Assembly: GCA_035480035.1 (NCBI GenBank)
Contig: DATIID010000001.1
Location: forward strand, 329,323-393,322
Origin: Candidatus Saccharimonadales bacterium
GTDB lineage: Bacteria; Patescibacteriota; Saccharimonadia; Saccharimonadales; OMJO01
Reading direction: 5' to 3'
DNA length: 64,000 nucleotides
The translations under genes were made by a program, and so were the position numbers. The notes under the pieces are model-generated. The model did no database searches and was not told where the DNA came from. It saw only the letters and a list, made by a program, of their open reading frames with translations. Each line of letters starts with the position of its first letter. The first letter of the stretch is position 1. Shown here in pieces: positions 1 to 9,260 of this stretch.

Positions 1-365
1 CCAGGCGAATGGTAATTTTTGCCAGTGAAGATGTCGGCATTGCCGCCAGCCCAGCGCTGAACCTAGCTGTGGCAACTTTTGAAGCCGTTGAGCGAATTGG
101 CATGCCAGAATGTCAGTACAATCTGTTTCACTGTGCGACCGTATTGGCTAAATGTAAAAAATCCCGCGTTGTGGCTGACGCTATGAGCAAAGCTATGTCG
201 ACCGCCCGAGATTATCCGGAAGCGCCGGTACCACTGCATCTACGAAATGCACCGACCAAACTAATGAAAGAACTGGGTTATCAAAAAGGCACCAAATGGG
301 AAGCTGGGTTCAAGCACCCCGAAGGCTTTTTGCCAGACGAAATTGCCGATCTAGATCTTTTTTAG
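1..365 (+). CDS. rarA: Replication-associated recombination protein A (RarA/MgsA), C-terminal part; the 5' end lies outside the window
   Basis: The reading frame of ORF 9..365 stays open to the window edge. The translation (FASEDVGIA...QYNLFHC...PLHLRNAPTKLMKELGY) matches the conserved MgsA C-terminal domain. Confidence 0.8.
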   Translation, partial: RRMVIFASEDVGIAASPALNLAVATFEAVERIGMPECQYNLFHCATVLAKCKKSRVVADAMSKAMSTARDYPEAPVPLHLRNAPTKLMKELGYQKGTKWEAGFKHPEGFLPDEIADLDLF

Positions 366-428
366 TCTTCTTTCCAAGAAGCAATTTATGTTACTTTCTT
401 GGTCGCTAGAAAGTAACCAAAGAAGCGA

Positions 429-587
429 CCGGCGACTGAAAACATCTTGGCTATAGGTTGATATAAAACAGGCTCGTTGCGGAACTTGTTAAAAGTTTGT
501 TTCTAACAACCTTTTAACTTCAAACAGTCCTCACGACCAAGTCCGCCTATTTTATACAACGTACTAACCAGGAGTTTTCAGAGCCGG
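429..587. repeat. 159-nt imperfect palindrome (long rod-like hairpin), non-coding
   Basis: Arms 429-473 and 545-587 are reverse-complementary apart from small loops. The apex hairpin is 488-518 (GTTAAAAGTTTGTT-TCT-AACAACCTTTTAAC). Confidence 0.7.
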
Positions 588-652
588 ATATAAGATTCAT
601 TACAAAGACTCAGTTGTAGTAGTGATAAAATTAGTTTAGAAAAGGAGGTTTT

Positions 653-775
653 ATGTGGAATTTTGCGCATCACACGGTGCTACATAGCATTGAAATGAAT
701 ACTCAACAAACGCTGGGCATTGGCCTAGCGGTAATAATGATAGCTATTATCTTGGTCTGGAGGCGGGAAAAATGA
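653..775 (+). CDS. Small membrane ORF of 40 aa (MWNFAHHTVLHSIEMNTQQTLGIGLAVIMIAIILVWRREK), coupled to sodC
   Basis: An AGGAGG Shine-Dalgarno sits at 643-648, and the ATG is at 653. The ORF has one hydrophobic helix. Its TGA stop overlaps the sodC ATG (ATGA at 772-775). It is too short for the supplied ORF track. Confidence 0.4.
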   Translation: MWNFAHHTVLHSIEMNTQQTLGIGLAVIMIAIILVWRREK

Positions 776-1293
776 AAGTCGATTTATCAGCAGACAACAA
801 ACAGGTTACGGCTAGCGCTAAGGCAGATGTCGCTGGACCGGACATAACTGGCAAAGCCACATTTACCGAATACGATGTTGATGGTTGGAAATATGTCCAC
901 CTAAACCTCAAACTCAAAGGCAAGCCCGAAACTTTGAAACCAGGTAAGCACGCAGTTCATATCCACGAAAAGGGTGACTGTGAGTGTGACGGCTTCAAAT
1001 GCGCCGGTGGCCACTTCGACCCCGGCCCATCCGGCAATAGTGACCCAGACGCCAATCACGGCTACCACTCAGGCGATTTGCCTAACATTGTGATTGATGA
1101 AAATGGTGAAGGTGAACTGGAAGCCATTACTACACGCGTTACATTGTCGGACGGTCCGGTTTCAATCCTTCAACCCGAAGAAGGCACATCGATTATGGTC
1201 CACGCCAATGAAGATCATCACAATCCGGGTGAATCCGGCTCGGGCGTCAGTGGCGGCCCTCGCCTCGCTTGTGGCAAAATCGAAAAAGCTTAG
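772..1293 (+). CDS. sodC: Cu/Zn superoxide dismutase family protein
   Basis: The motifs HAVHIHEKGDC, GGHFDP, HSGDLPN and the C-terminal GGPRLACGKI are typical of SodC. No N-terminal signal peptide is present in this frame. Confidence 0.85.
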   Translation: MKVDLSADNKQVTASAKADVAGPDITGKATFTEYDVDGWKYVHLNLKLKGKPETLKPGKHAVHIHEKGDCECDGFKCAGGHFDPGPSGNSDPDANHGYHSGDLPNIVIDENGEGELEAITTRVTLSDGPVSILQPEEGTSIMVHANEDHHNPGESGSGVSGGPRLACGKIEKA

Positions 1294-1294
1294 T

Positions 1295-2734
1295 TTATTC
1301 GTAATGAAGAGCTTCGACTGGGTCGAGCTTGGCTGCGCGTGAAGCTGGATAAAGACCGGCTAGCATGCCAATCAAAGTACCGACACCAATAACGGCCAGG
1401 ATTAGCCAAACAGGCAAACCAATAATGTTATGGGCTTTGACACCTTGACTGGCTAGTTGTTTATTGACGAAAACGTTGGCAATCCGCGTTAGGCCAAACC
1501 CAACAGCTACACCTATTACACCACCCCAAAAGCCCAGCATTGAGGCCTCAAAAGTAAACAGACCGCGCACCGTACTGCGCTTAGCACCAACTGCTCGCAT
1601 CACACCAATTTCGCGGGTTCGTTCTAGAATCGCCATAATCATGGTGTTAACCACGCCAACTGCGGCTACTGCCAACGAGATACCGCCAATACCGCCCAAG
1701 ATTAAGCCCATGATATTGAAGACAGTTAGTTGTTGCTTAATTGATGCTTCGGCATCAGCCGCGCCAACACCTAATTTCTTGATTTGAGTAGCCACTTCAG
1801 CGGCGTTTTTACTATTATCAACCTTAGCTATCAAACTACCATAACCGTTAGCGGCCAACATGTCTTGTGAGATCAAGGTGTAATTCGGCGTTGAGTTACA
1901 GGGACCGCGAACATTGTTGCAGGCGTTTTGTTGGGCTTTGCGATCGGCGGCTGTTTGGTCATAGCGACGACTTTGATCCATGGCTCGAATCCAAGCTAGC
2001 GGTATGCGAATTGATTTGGATTGATTGTCTGAATTTATTACGCCAACAATTTTACCCTTTAACTCAGTTGGTTTTTGCTGTTGTTGGTTATTGTTGTCAC
2101 AGGGGCCGTTACATTGTTGCGGCTTTTGAACATCAGCACCTATGCCGGTGTAGTAACTACGAGTTTCAAGCGTCACCGATTGATTGATAATGCCGCCGTA
2201 ATTACCCTTGAAGCCAAATTTGTCAGCATAATCTGAGGAAATGGTAATCGGGACAACCATATCTTTTATGGTGTTGTCGTCACCCGGAGTTAGGTCATTG
2301 CCAGCAACAACGTTACTTTCAATTATGCCATTGGCATCGTAGGCAGTGGTTCGTTCGGCAGTCAACTTTTTACTACCGAGAGAGATAGCTTGGATGGCAC
2401 CGTCATTGACAACCCGGGCTACACCAATGACATGCGGTATGGTTTTAATTTTGGTCACAATAGCGTCGGTTAATTTGGTACAGCTATCGCACTGACCACC
2501 ATTATTAGCGTCATTAAAATCAGTAATATCACTTTTTGGCGAGACCGCGACTTGTTCAAGCAACCCACTGCTCTCGACTTGTTGTAGGAAAAAGCCCTTG
2601 GCGCCAGTAACTAAGGCCAGCATGATTGTGACCGAGGTAGCCCCAATCACTACTGCAAAGATAGTTAAGGCACTGCGCAACTTTTGGCGACGGATATTAC
2701 GAAAAGCTAGTCGGAGGTAGTCGCTGAATTTCAT
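1295..2734 (-). CDS. ABC transporter permease, FtsX/MacB-type with a large extracytoplasmic domain
   Basis: The N-terminus (FRNIRRQKLRSALTIFAVVIGATSV) and the C-terminal FtsX helices (ERTREIGVMRAVGA) fit this family. I place the start at the internal MKFSDY Met, which lies 1 nt after the ATPase stop. Confidence 0.8.
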   Translation of the reverse strand: MKFSDYLRLAFRNIRRQKLRSALTIFAVVIGATSVTIMLALVTGAKGFFLQQVESSGLLEQVAVSPKSDITDFNDANNGGQCDSCTKLTDAIVTKIKTIPHVIGVARVVNDGAIQAISLGSKKLTAERTTAYDANGIIESNVVAGNDLTPGDDNTIKDMVVPITISSDYADKFGFKGNYGGIINQSVTLETRSYYTGIGADVQKPQQCNGPCDNNNQQQQKPTELKGKIVGVINSDNQSKSIRIPLAWIRAMDQSRRYDQTAADRKAQQNACNNVRGPCNSTPNYTLISQDMLAANGYGSLIAKVDNSKNAAEVATQIKKLGVGAADAEASIKQQLTVFNIMGLILGGIGGISLAVAAVGVVNTMIMAILERTREIGVMRAVGAKRSTVRGLFTFEASMLGFWGGVIGVAVGFGLTRIANVFVNKQLASQGVKAHNIIGLPVWLILAVIGVGTLIGMLAGLYPASRAAKLDPVEALHYE

Positions 2735-2735
2735 A

Positions 2736-3419
2736 TTAGCCCCGGCCCTCACGAATTTTACCGTCGTGAATTGAGACGACCCGACTGGCTTGGCGGGCAA
2801 TATTTTCATCGTGGGTAATGACTAATAAAGTAATGCCGTTCTTTTTATTAAGCTCGTGGAGTAATCTCATAATTTCGGCACCCTTAGCTGAATCTAAATT
2901 ACCGGTTGGTTCGTCAGCAATAATTATCTTGGGATTGCCGGCTAGCGCTCGGGCAATGGCCACGCGTTGACGCTGGCCACCGGACAATTGACTAGGTTTG
3001 TGCTTGATACGGTCACCTAAACCAACGGCTTCCAGGCATTCCTTGGCCCGTTTTTTGCGGTCTTTATTTTTCATTCTGGCAAACACCAGTGGCAACATCA
3101 CGTTTTCGAGTGCTGTATTAGTGCCTTGCAGATTAAATGTTTGAAAAACAAAACCCACGTGTTGATTGCGATAGGTTGATAGCTTGCTGTCACGAGTTTT
3201 GGCTAATTCGTTTCCGTCGACGACAACTGAGCCGTTGTTGGGATGATCAAGGCCACCAATAATGTTGGCCAAAGTCGATTTGCCTGAGCCAGACGGGCCA
3301 GTTATGGCTATAAATTCGCCTTCGTTAACATGAAATGACACATTATCTAAAGCATTAAGCGTCTCGTCGCCGAGTTTGTAGGTTTTTGTAACGTTTTTGA
3401 GTTCAATTATGGCAGCCAT
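2736..3419 (-). CDS. ABC transporter ATP-binding protein (MacB/LolD-like)
   Basis: Walker A (GPSGSGKST), the signature (LSGGQRQR) and Walker B (IIIADEPT) are all present. The start is set at MAAIIELKN. Confidence 0.85.
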   Translation of the reverse strand: MAAIIELKNVTKTYKLGDETLNALDNVSFHVNEGEFIAITGPSGSGKSTLANIIGGLDHPNNGSVVVDGNELAKTRDSKLSTYRNQHVGFVFQTFNLQGTNTALENVMLPLVFARMKNKDRKKRAKECLEAVGLGDRIKHKPSQLSGGQRQRVAIARALAGNPKIIIADEPTGNLDSAKGAEIMRLLHELNKKNGITLLVITHDENIARQASRVVSIHDGKIREGRG

Positions 3420-3505
3420 GCTGGATCTATTAGTCTTAAGCATAAGCAATAAGCTGGACAATTACAACTTGGTTGTTGAATTAGCTAACCCGTTAACCTT
3501 ATTTC

Positions 3506-3514
3506 TGATATAAT
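3506..3514 (+). promoter_or_regulatory. Extended -10 box TGATATAAT upstream of tRNA-Gln
   Basis: An exact TGnTATAAT ends 12 nt before the tRNA 5' end. The same 9-mer occurs upstream of trmD. Confidence 0.4.
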
Positions 3515-3526
3515 CACCCCTGTCGA

Positions 3527-3601
3527 TGGGGAGTGGCCAAGTGGTAAGGCACCAGGTTCTGGTCCTGGCATTCGGGGGTTCGAATCCCTCCTCCCCAGCC
3601 A
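3527..3601 (+). tRNA. tRNA-Gln(CTG), CCA encoded
   Basis: I folded the cloverleaf by hand. The acceptor is TGGGGAG/CTCCCCA (U1:A72), the anticodon arm is CCAGG-TTCTGGT-CCTGG and the T arm is GGGGG-TTCGAAT-CCCTC. Confidence 0.9.
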
Positions 3602-3608
3602 GGGATTG

Positions 3609-5450
3609 TTACTTATTACGTTTGCGTTTGTTTGGATCGAGTTCGCGCTTCCGCAGTCTTAAGCTTCGAGGTGTCACTTCGAGCAATTCATCATTTTCAA
3701 TAAAATCTAGACACTGCTCAAGACTTAAGATGGTAGGTGGTGTCAACTGTACAACACCATCACTACTTGAGCTACGCATGTTGGTGAGGTGTTTAGCCTT
3801 GCAGACATTTATCTCCAAGTCATCACCACGATTATTTAACCCAACAATCTGACCAGCATAGACTTGCTCGGCCGCGCCCACGAACGTCGTTCCGCGGGCT
3901 TCAGCATTCTGTAGTGCATAAGGAGTCGTCGTACCAGCCTCAAAGGCAATCAGTACGCCGTTACGCAATTGCTGCAAAGGTACGCCTATCGGCTGGTAAC
4001 CTATCATAAGACTGTTCATGACAGCCGTGCCTTTGGTCGATGTCATCAACACATTGCGCAAACCAAGCAAAGTCCGTGTCGGCAATTCATAAACTAGCTT
4101 GGTAATGCCTTTGGGACTGGCAAATTGCTCTTTGAGTGTAGCTTTGCGTTGACCCAGCTCCATCTGAACACTGCCAACCTGCTCTGCCGGAACTTCTACT
4201 AGTAATTCCTCTATTGGCTCCATTGTTTGACCAGCTTCGGTCTTGGTCACAACCTGTGGCCGTCCGACTTCAATCTCAAAACCTTCACGCCGCATGGTTT
4301 CAATCAACACACTGAGATGGAGTTCTCCGCGACCACTCACCAAAAAGCCAATGCCCTCCTCGTCAACCAACAATCCAACATTAGTCTCTAGCTCCTTTTG
4401 TAAACGTTCACCAATCTGTCGACTTGTCGTAAACTCACCTTCCTTGCCTTTTAACGGGCTAGTGTTAGGACCGATATAAATTTTCAAGGTCGGCGCATCA
4501 ACTTCAAGAACTGGTAGGGCTTCTGGGTTTTCTGCACTTGCAATGGTTTCACCGATCTGAACATTACTAATACCTGTCAACTGCACAATGTCGCCAGCAA
4601 CACCATTTGGCACCTCAAACCGGCTCAGACCATGGCTCATAAACACACTGTCTACACGAGCTTTGTCGATTGAACCATCCTTTTTGCAAACGCTGACTTG
4701 ATCACCCGCATTAACCTTGCCACGACTTATCCTGCCGATGGCGTATTTGCCTTTGAAATTATCCCAAGCAAGTGACGTAACCAGCATTTGGAATGGCTTA
4801 TCAAGCTCGATACTTGGAGCTGGAATTTCAGTGATAATAGCATCGAAAATAGTATCCAGATTTGCCACTGCTTCAAAGCTAGCCGGTGCAGTTTTCCAAG
4901 CTTTACCCTGACGAGCAACTGCAAAGTAAATAGGATAGTGCAGTTGGTCTTCATGAACTGCCAGTTCAAGAAAAAGATCAGCCAACTCATCTTCGACTTC
5001 GCCAAGGCGAGCACCGGACTTGTCAATCTTATTAATAATCACGATGGGTTTTAACCCAGCAACCAGTGCTTTAGCCAGCACAAACTTGGTTTGCGGCATT
5101 GGGCCTTCTTGGGCGTCAACTATCAGCAGGCAGCCATCGGCCATATTCAAGGTTCGCTCAACTTCACCACTAAAGTCAGCATGTCCAGGTGTATCAATGA
5201 TATTAATTCGGTAGTCACCCTGCTGTACCGCGGTCACCTTAGCAGTGATAGTAATGCCACGCTCACGTTCTTGATCACCACTGTCCATGATAAGTTCTTG
5301 ACTCATTTCCGCTTGATTGTCACGGAACGTCTGCGATTGTTTCAATAGGCCATCAACCAAGGTCGTTTTACCGTGGTCGACGTGCGCAATAATAGCAATA
5401 TTCCGAATTTTTGTCGGATCCTGAGTATTTGGCATAAAATAAAGCGCCAT
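3609..5450 (-). CDS. typA: Translational GTPase TypA/BipA
   Basis: G-domain motifs [17 protein letters not shown] and NKID are present, and the length (613 aa) fits BipA. Confidence 0.9.
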   Translation of the reverse strand: MALYFMPNTQDPTKIRNIAIIAHVDHGKTTLVDGLLKQSQTFRDNQAEMSQELIMDSGDQERERGITITAKVTAVQQGDYRINIIDTPGHADFSGEVERTLNMADGCLLIVDAQEGPMPQTKFVLAKALVAGLKPIVIINKIDKSGARLGEVEDELADLFLELAVHEDQLHYPIYFAVARQGKAWKTAPASFEAVANLDTIFDAIITEIPAPSIELDKPFQMLVTSLAWDNFKGKYAIGRISRGKVNAGDQVSVCKKDGSIDKARVDSVFMSHGLSRFEVPNGVAGDIVQLTGISNVQIGETIASAENPEALPVLEVDAPTLKIYIGPNTSPLKGKEGEFTTSRQIGERLQKELETNVGLLVDEEGIGFLVSGRGELHLSVLIETMRREGFEIEVGRPQVVTKTEAGQTMEPIEELLVEVPAEQVGSVQMELGQRKATLKEQFASPKGITKLVYELPTRTLLGLRNVLMTSTKGTAVMNSLMIGYQPIGVPLQQLRNGVLIAFEAGTTTPYALQNAEARGTTFVGAAEQVYAGQIVGLNNRGDDLEINVCKAKHLTNMRSSSSDGVVQLTPPTILSLEQCLDFIENDELLEVTPRSLRLRKRELDPNKRKRNK

Positions 5451-5548
5451 TAAGCGCTACCTTTCTATGCAATTATACCATAAGAAGAACAATGAAGCCA
5501 GTCTAAGCCTGAGTAATAATTAGTTGAAATATGTGCGACCAAAAATGT

Positions 5549-5980
5549 TTATTGGGCAATCGGTTTCAGTACAACGTCTTCTTTTTGGTCCGGCGGTTTT
5601 AATACGCTATTCACGATTTTATCGATGTCGTCATCCGATAAGTTAGCTTTCACCACATAGCCTTCAATGCCCTTTTCACGAAGCCCGGCTGGGGCATCAG
5701 CTTCATTAAGATTTGAAATTATGTACACCTTGATGTGCTTACCCCAGTCACTTTTCCTCATAGATTCTAAAATTTGATCGCCAGCTATTTTTGGAACCAT
5801 CAGATCCAGTAAAACCAAATCGGGCAGCTCTTTTTCTATAATCGCCAGAGCTTGCTCACCATCAATAGCCACGAAACATTTATAATCCAAAAGTTCCAGT
5901 CTGGTCTTGTAAATATCAGCCAAGCTAGTATTGTCCTCAACGATGACTATTTTTGGAGGCCAGTTTGATGATTGTTCCAT
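5549..5980 (-). CDS. Stand-alone response-regulator receiver protein (CheY-like)
   Basis: It has the IVIVEDN acidic pocket, the LVLLDLMVP phospho-Asp site and a conserved Lys in VVKAN. There is no output domain. Confidence 0.75.
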   Translation of the reverse strand: MEQSSNWPPKIVIVEDNTSLADIYKTRLELLDYKCFVAIDGEQALAIIEKELPDLVLLDLMVPKIAGDQILESMRKSDWGKHIKVYIISNLNEADAPAGLREKGIEGYVVKANLSDDDIDKIVNSVLKPPDQKEDVVLKPIAQ

Positions 5981-6061
5981 ATAATTGATTCTACTTGTTG
6001 ATAATACATAATGTCCAGTTGTTTAGGATATCAACCACAACCCATGAAACGAACTTAACTA

Positions 6062-6499
6062 TTAATTGATAGTTGGACTTGTGTTGTCTAAATTAATATC
6101 TTCTTTTTGGTCGGCTGGTTTAAGAATGTTGTCGACAAGCGTATCTAATTGATCGTCACTCAAGTTAGATTTAACAGCATAACCTTCAATCCCCAATGAT
6201 CGCAATCCGGCTGGCGCGTCTTGTTCATTTAAGGCCGACAGAATAAGCACTGGAATTTTTTTGCCCCAATCACTCTCGCGCATGGTCTTTAATATTTGAT
6301 CGCCGGCAATAACTGGCACCATCAAATCAAGTAATACTAAATCGGGTATTTCTTTTTGAATAAGTTCTAGGGCTGTTTTGCCATCCAGGGCTGTAAAGCA
6401 AGTATAACCAAGTATTTCCAGCCTGGCTTTATATATCTCAGACAGTTCTGGTTTATCTTCGACGATTACAATTTTTTGCGACTTACCAAATTGATCCAT
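6062..6499 (-). CDS. Stand-alone response-regulator receiver protein, paralog of 5549..5980
   Basis: The architecture and motifs are the same (IVIVEDK, LVLLDLMVP, AVKSN), and the protein is collinear with its neighbour. Confidence 0.75.
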   Translation of the reverse strand: MDQFGKSQKIVIVEDKPELSEIYKARLEILGYTCFTALDGKTALELIQKEIPDLVLLDLMVPVIAGDQILKTMRESDWGKKIPVLILSALNEQDAPAGLRSLGIEGYAVKSNLSDDQLDTLVDNILKPADQKEDINLDNTSPTIN

Positions 6500-6659
6500 A
6501 TTGAAATCTTAACATTTAAGGCTATCAAAAATAAGGCTGGTTTCGAAACTCAAAGGACGTCATGGCCCAATTAAACACCTAATTTCTTTATGGTCATTAA
6601 AAAATTCCATCTTTAATTGGTAAAATAATTAATGGACCCAATTAATAAGCAAGGAGGAG

Positions 6660-7049
6660 ATGATTATGGTGATTAATAATAAAATCTCAGCAGTATTGTG
6701 CTCAACTGACCTAGAAAGAAGCCAAGATTTCTATGAAAAAAAGGTTGGCCTAAAACTATCCCCTCAAACAATTAAAAATCATTTACTATTTGAATTTGGA
6801 GATGGCACTACACTGTTAGTTTATGGACGACCATCGCCCAATAAAGCTGACCACACTCAAGTCCGAATTTGGACCAAGGATGTCGAAGCGGATGTTAAAG
6901 AACTATCTGAGCGCGGCGTGGAATTTGATGAGCTCGACATGGGCACGATTAAAACTATTAATCATATCGCTAAATCCCCAGATATTGGCAGTTCAGCCTG
7001 GTTCAAAGACCCAGACGGAAATACCTTAGCACTATTTCAACCAGAGTAA
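6660..7049 (+). CDS. VOC/glyoxalase-family protein
   Basis: The size and the pattern (DLERSQDFYEKKVGL ... WFKDPDGNTLALFQ) are typical of the glyoxalase/bleomycin-resistance fold. The start could instead be the ATG at 6666. Confidence 0.6.
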   Translation: MIMVINNKISAVLCSTDLERSQDFYEKKVGLKLSPQTIKNHLLFEFGDGTTLLVYGRPSPNKADHTQVRIWTKDVEADVKELSERGVEFDELDMGTIKTINHIAKSPDIGSSAWFKDPDGNTLALFQPE

Positions 7050-7070
7050 TTAACTTAATAAGGAGGATCT

Positions 7071-7556
7071 ATGCAAAAAATTACACCTCATTTGTGGTTT
7101 GATAAACAAGCTGAAGAAGCGGCTAATTTTTACGTATCAATTTTTAAAAATTCTAAGATTAACGAAGTTTCACACTATGGTGAAGAGGGTTTTGAAATTC
7201 ATCAAATGCCGGCTGGCACGGCCATGACGGTGGCATTCCAGCTAGGCGACCAAGACTTTTTCGCACTAAACGGTGGCCCATTATTTAAGTTCAATGAGTC
7301 AATTTCGTTTATGGTGAACTGCGAAGACCAAGCAGAGGTTGATTATTACTGGAAAAAATTGTCTGCCGATCCAAAAGCTGAACAATGCGGTTGGCTCAAG
7401 GACAAATACGGCTTGTCATGGCAAATTATACCTAGACAACTCGAGGAGTTATTGAGAGATCCAGACACCGAAAAAGCCGGTCGGGTTATGAATGCCATGT
7501 TGCAAATGAAAAAAATCGACATTGCCGGGTTACAAAAAGCTTACGACGGTAAATAG
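7071..7556 (+). CDS. VOC-family protein (PhnB / 3-demethylubiquinone-9 methyltransferase-like domain)
   Basis: The N-terminal ITPHLWFDKQAEEAANFY, followed by EQCGWLKDKYGLSWQI, is characteristic of this family. An AGGAGG Shine-Dalgarno lies upstream. Confidence 0.6.
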   Translation: MQKITPHLWFDKQAEEAANFYVSIFKNSKINEVSHYGEEGFEIHQMPAGTAMTVAFQLGDQDFFALNGGPLFKFNESISFMVNCEDQAEVDYYWKKLSADPKAEQCGWLKDKYGLSWQIIPRQLEELLRDPDTEKAGRVMNAMLQMKKIDIAGLQKAYDGK

Positions 7557-7557
7557 T

Positions 7558-8214
7558 TTAGCGATTTTTGCGTAAGTGGTTACTGGATATGTAAACCCCA
7601 AAAACGATTAGCCACATGGTTTGCGGATAAGCCACAACTCGCTCCAAACCGCCTTGGCCTAACCCGAGGTAATTATGCGTTACAAAAAAGCCTAGCGCTA
7701 ATAATGAAATAGCGCCTGAAGCAATGGTGTAATACCTTAAAGATTTGGGTACATCCAAGACCACCCCTAGAATTACCATGCCTAGATTACCGATAAAAAA
7801 TGGCAAAGCTGCACCAAGCACATGCAGACCAGTTACTGTGTTTTCTGGGAAAAGGCCAACCAGAGAAGTACCAAAGCCAGCAATCGCCATAAAGCTAAAG
7901 CCCACTAAACTGGCTCGACTGGTTTTAAACTCCTGGTAAATTAAAGTTGCTCCAGCCGCCATGGTAATGCCAAGCGTAATAAATGAGGCATTCATTAAAT
8001 TATGCTGGGGCGAACACACAAACCGGTTGGCGTATGGGCCACACACGGTGTTACCGAGATCGCTAATCGTGTTTTGCGACAAGCTATATACCATTTGCCA
8101 GGCTCGGGCGACGATAACTTGAACGATGTAATACTGAATACTGATCGCCCAAACCATTGGGCCAATCAAAGGATATCGGTCGGTAAAGGTATTTATTAGG
8201 GCTGAAGGTTTCAT
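7558..8214 (-). CDS. Polytopic membrane protein, DUF998-like
   Basis: It has about six hydrophobic helices and an ISDLG motif. The family assignment is from memory only. Confidence 0.4.
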   Translation of the reverse strand: MKPSALINTFTDRYPLIGPMVWAISIQYYIVQVIVARAWQMVYSLSQNTISDLGNTVCGPYANRFVCSPQHNLMNASFITLGITMAAGATLIYQEFKTSRASLVGFSFMAIAGFGTSLVGLFPENTVTGLHVLGAALPFFIGNLGMVILGVVLDVPKSLRYYTIASGAISLLALGFFVTHNYLGLGQGGLERVVAYPQTMWLIVFGVYISSNHLRKNR

Positions 8215-8235
8215 AATTATCAGAGTAGCATGAAA

Positions 8236-9183
8236 TTAGAGAAGGTGTCGTCGTCGACTGAGTTGGAAGCAAATCAAACCAGGCAATATTGGCAACCAGT
8301 AGCTGACTAAACGATAGCTCAAAGCAGCAGCTAAGGCTTGTTGTGAACTTACGCCAATTGATGTTAGTGACAAAACAATACCAGCTTCAGCACCACCAAG
8401 ACCACCCGGGGTTGGTGATAGTGTCGAAAAAATAACCCCAATCACAAATACCCAAAAAATTTGAGCAATCGAGAGATGAAGATTTACGGCTAAACAAGTG
8501 TAATAAAAGCTGCTAACTAGCAAGATCGTGGTGGCCGCTGAAGCCACAAAGCCACCAAGCACTCGCGGGATCGATTTCATATTTTGGATCATGTCACCTA
8601 GAGTTTGTTTTAAAAAACGCTCTAGTCGCACACGTAAACTTTTAACAAAAGTTAATATCAAGGTCGCTACAATAATTAACAAAACCAGCAAGATTTTTAG
8701 ATCAGTTAGATGCAATCCGTGGACAGCTGATAATTTTGTATGAGTAGTCATTAAGGTAATGGCTAGCAGCGTAACGTTACCGACAAAGCCAAGCAGATTA
8801 TTTAACGACACTAAGGCGCTAGCCGAACTTAATGAATAACCAGCCTTGATTAGATAATCGGCATTAGTAGCCAGCGCCCCGCCACCGCCAGGGATTAACC
8901 GATTAGTAAAACCGCCGGCGGCCTGGACTAATAAAGTGCGAGAGTACTTTAATCGACGTTTAGAAATAACTTGATAAACCAATGCACCGGTAATATAGCT
9001 CAAAATTAAACAAACGATTGATGCGCCAACCAAGGCAAAGTCGGCGTGTTTTATTGTCATTAAACTACTCTTAAATGACTTAAACTGCGGCACCAACCCA
9101 TATAAAACCAGTGCTGCCAGTAACAATAACCACCAATTTTTGGTATGATTGTGGACATTTGCTTTAGCGATAATTTTGGCCAT
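8236..9183 (-). CDS. Membrane protein, lysyl-PG-synthase TM-region / flippase-like family
   Basis: It has eight or so TM helices, GG-rich loops (RLIPGGGGAL, TPGGLGGAEAG) and a C-terminal LSYRLVSYWLP. Confidence 0.45.
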   Translation of the reverse strand: MAKIIAKANVHNHTKNWWLLLLAALVLYGLVPQFKSFKSSLMTIKHADFALVGASIVCLILSYITGALVYQVISKRRLKYSRTLLVQAAGGFTNRLIPGGGGALATNADYLIKAGYSLSSASALVSLNNLLGFVGNVTLLAITLMTTHTKLSAVHGLHLTDLKILLVLLIIVATLILTFVKSLRVRLERFLKQTLGDMIQNMKSIPRVLGGFVASAATTILLVSSFYYTCLAVNLHLSIAQIFWVFVIGVIFSTLSPTPGGLGGAEAGIVLSLTSIGVSSQQALAAALSYRLVSYWLPILPGLICFQLSRRRHLL

Positions 9184-9260
9184 CAGCTTGGCTTAATTAT
9201 AAGTCTTATGGTTAAGCCAGACTAGTGGACTAAGTCGAATTCAATCGCTGGTACAATAGA

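Noticed and set aside
429-587. 6S RNA (ssrS) as an explanation for the long hairpin
   Set aside because: 6S RNA needs a large central open bubble flanked by stems. This element is an almost continuous AU-rich rod with only small loops, so I do not call it 6S.
1094-2187. Track ORFs 1094..1342, 1464..1787 and 1867..2187 (+)
   Set aside because: They are out-of-frame or antisense overlaps of sodC and the ABC permease. The translations are Arg/Pro/Ser-rich nonsense.
3526-3852. Track ORF 3526..3852 (+)
   Set aside because: It starts inside tRNA-Gln and runs antisense through the typA 3' end, so it is an artefact.
4243-5348. Six track ORFs (64-99 aa) on both strands inside typA
   Set aside because: They lie entirely within a well-supported 613-aa GTPase gene. 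They have low-complexity translations and no start context. They are typical shadow ORFs.
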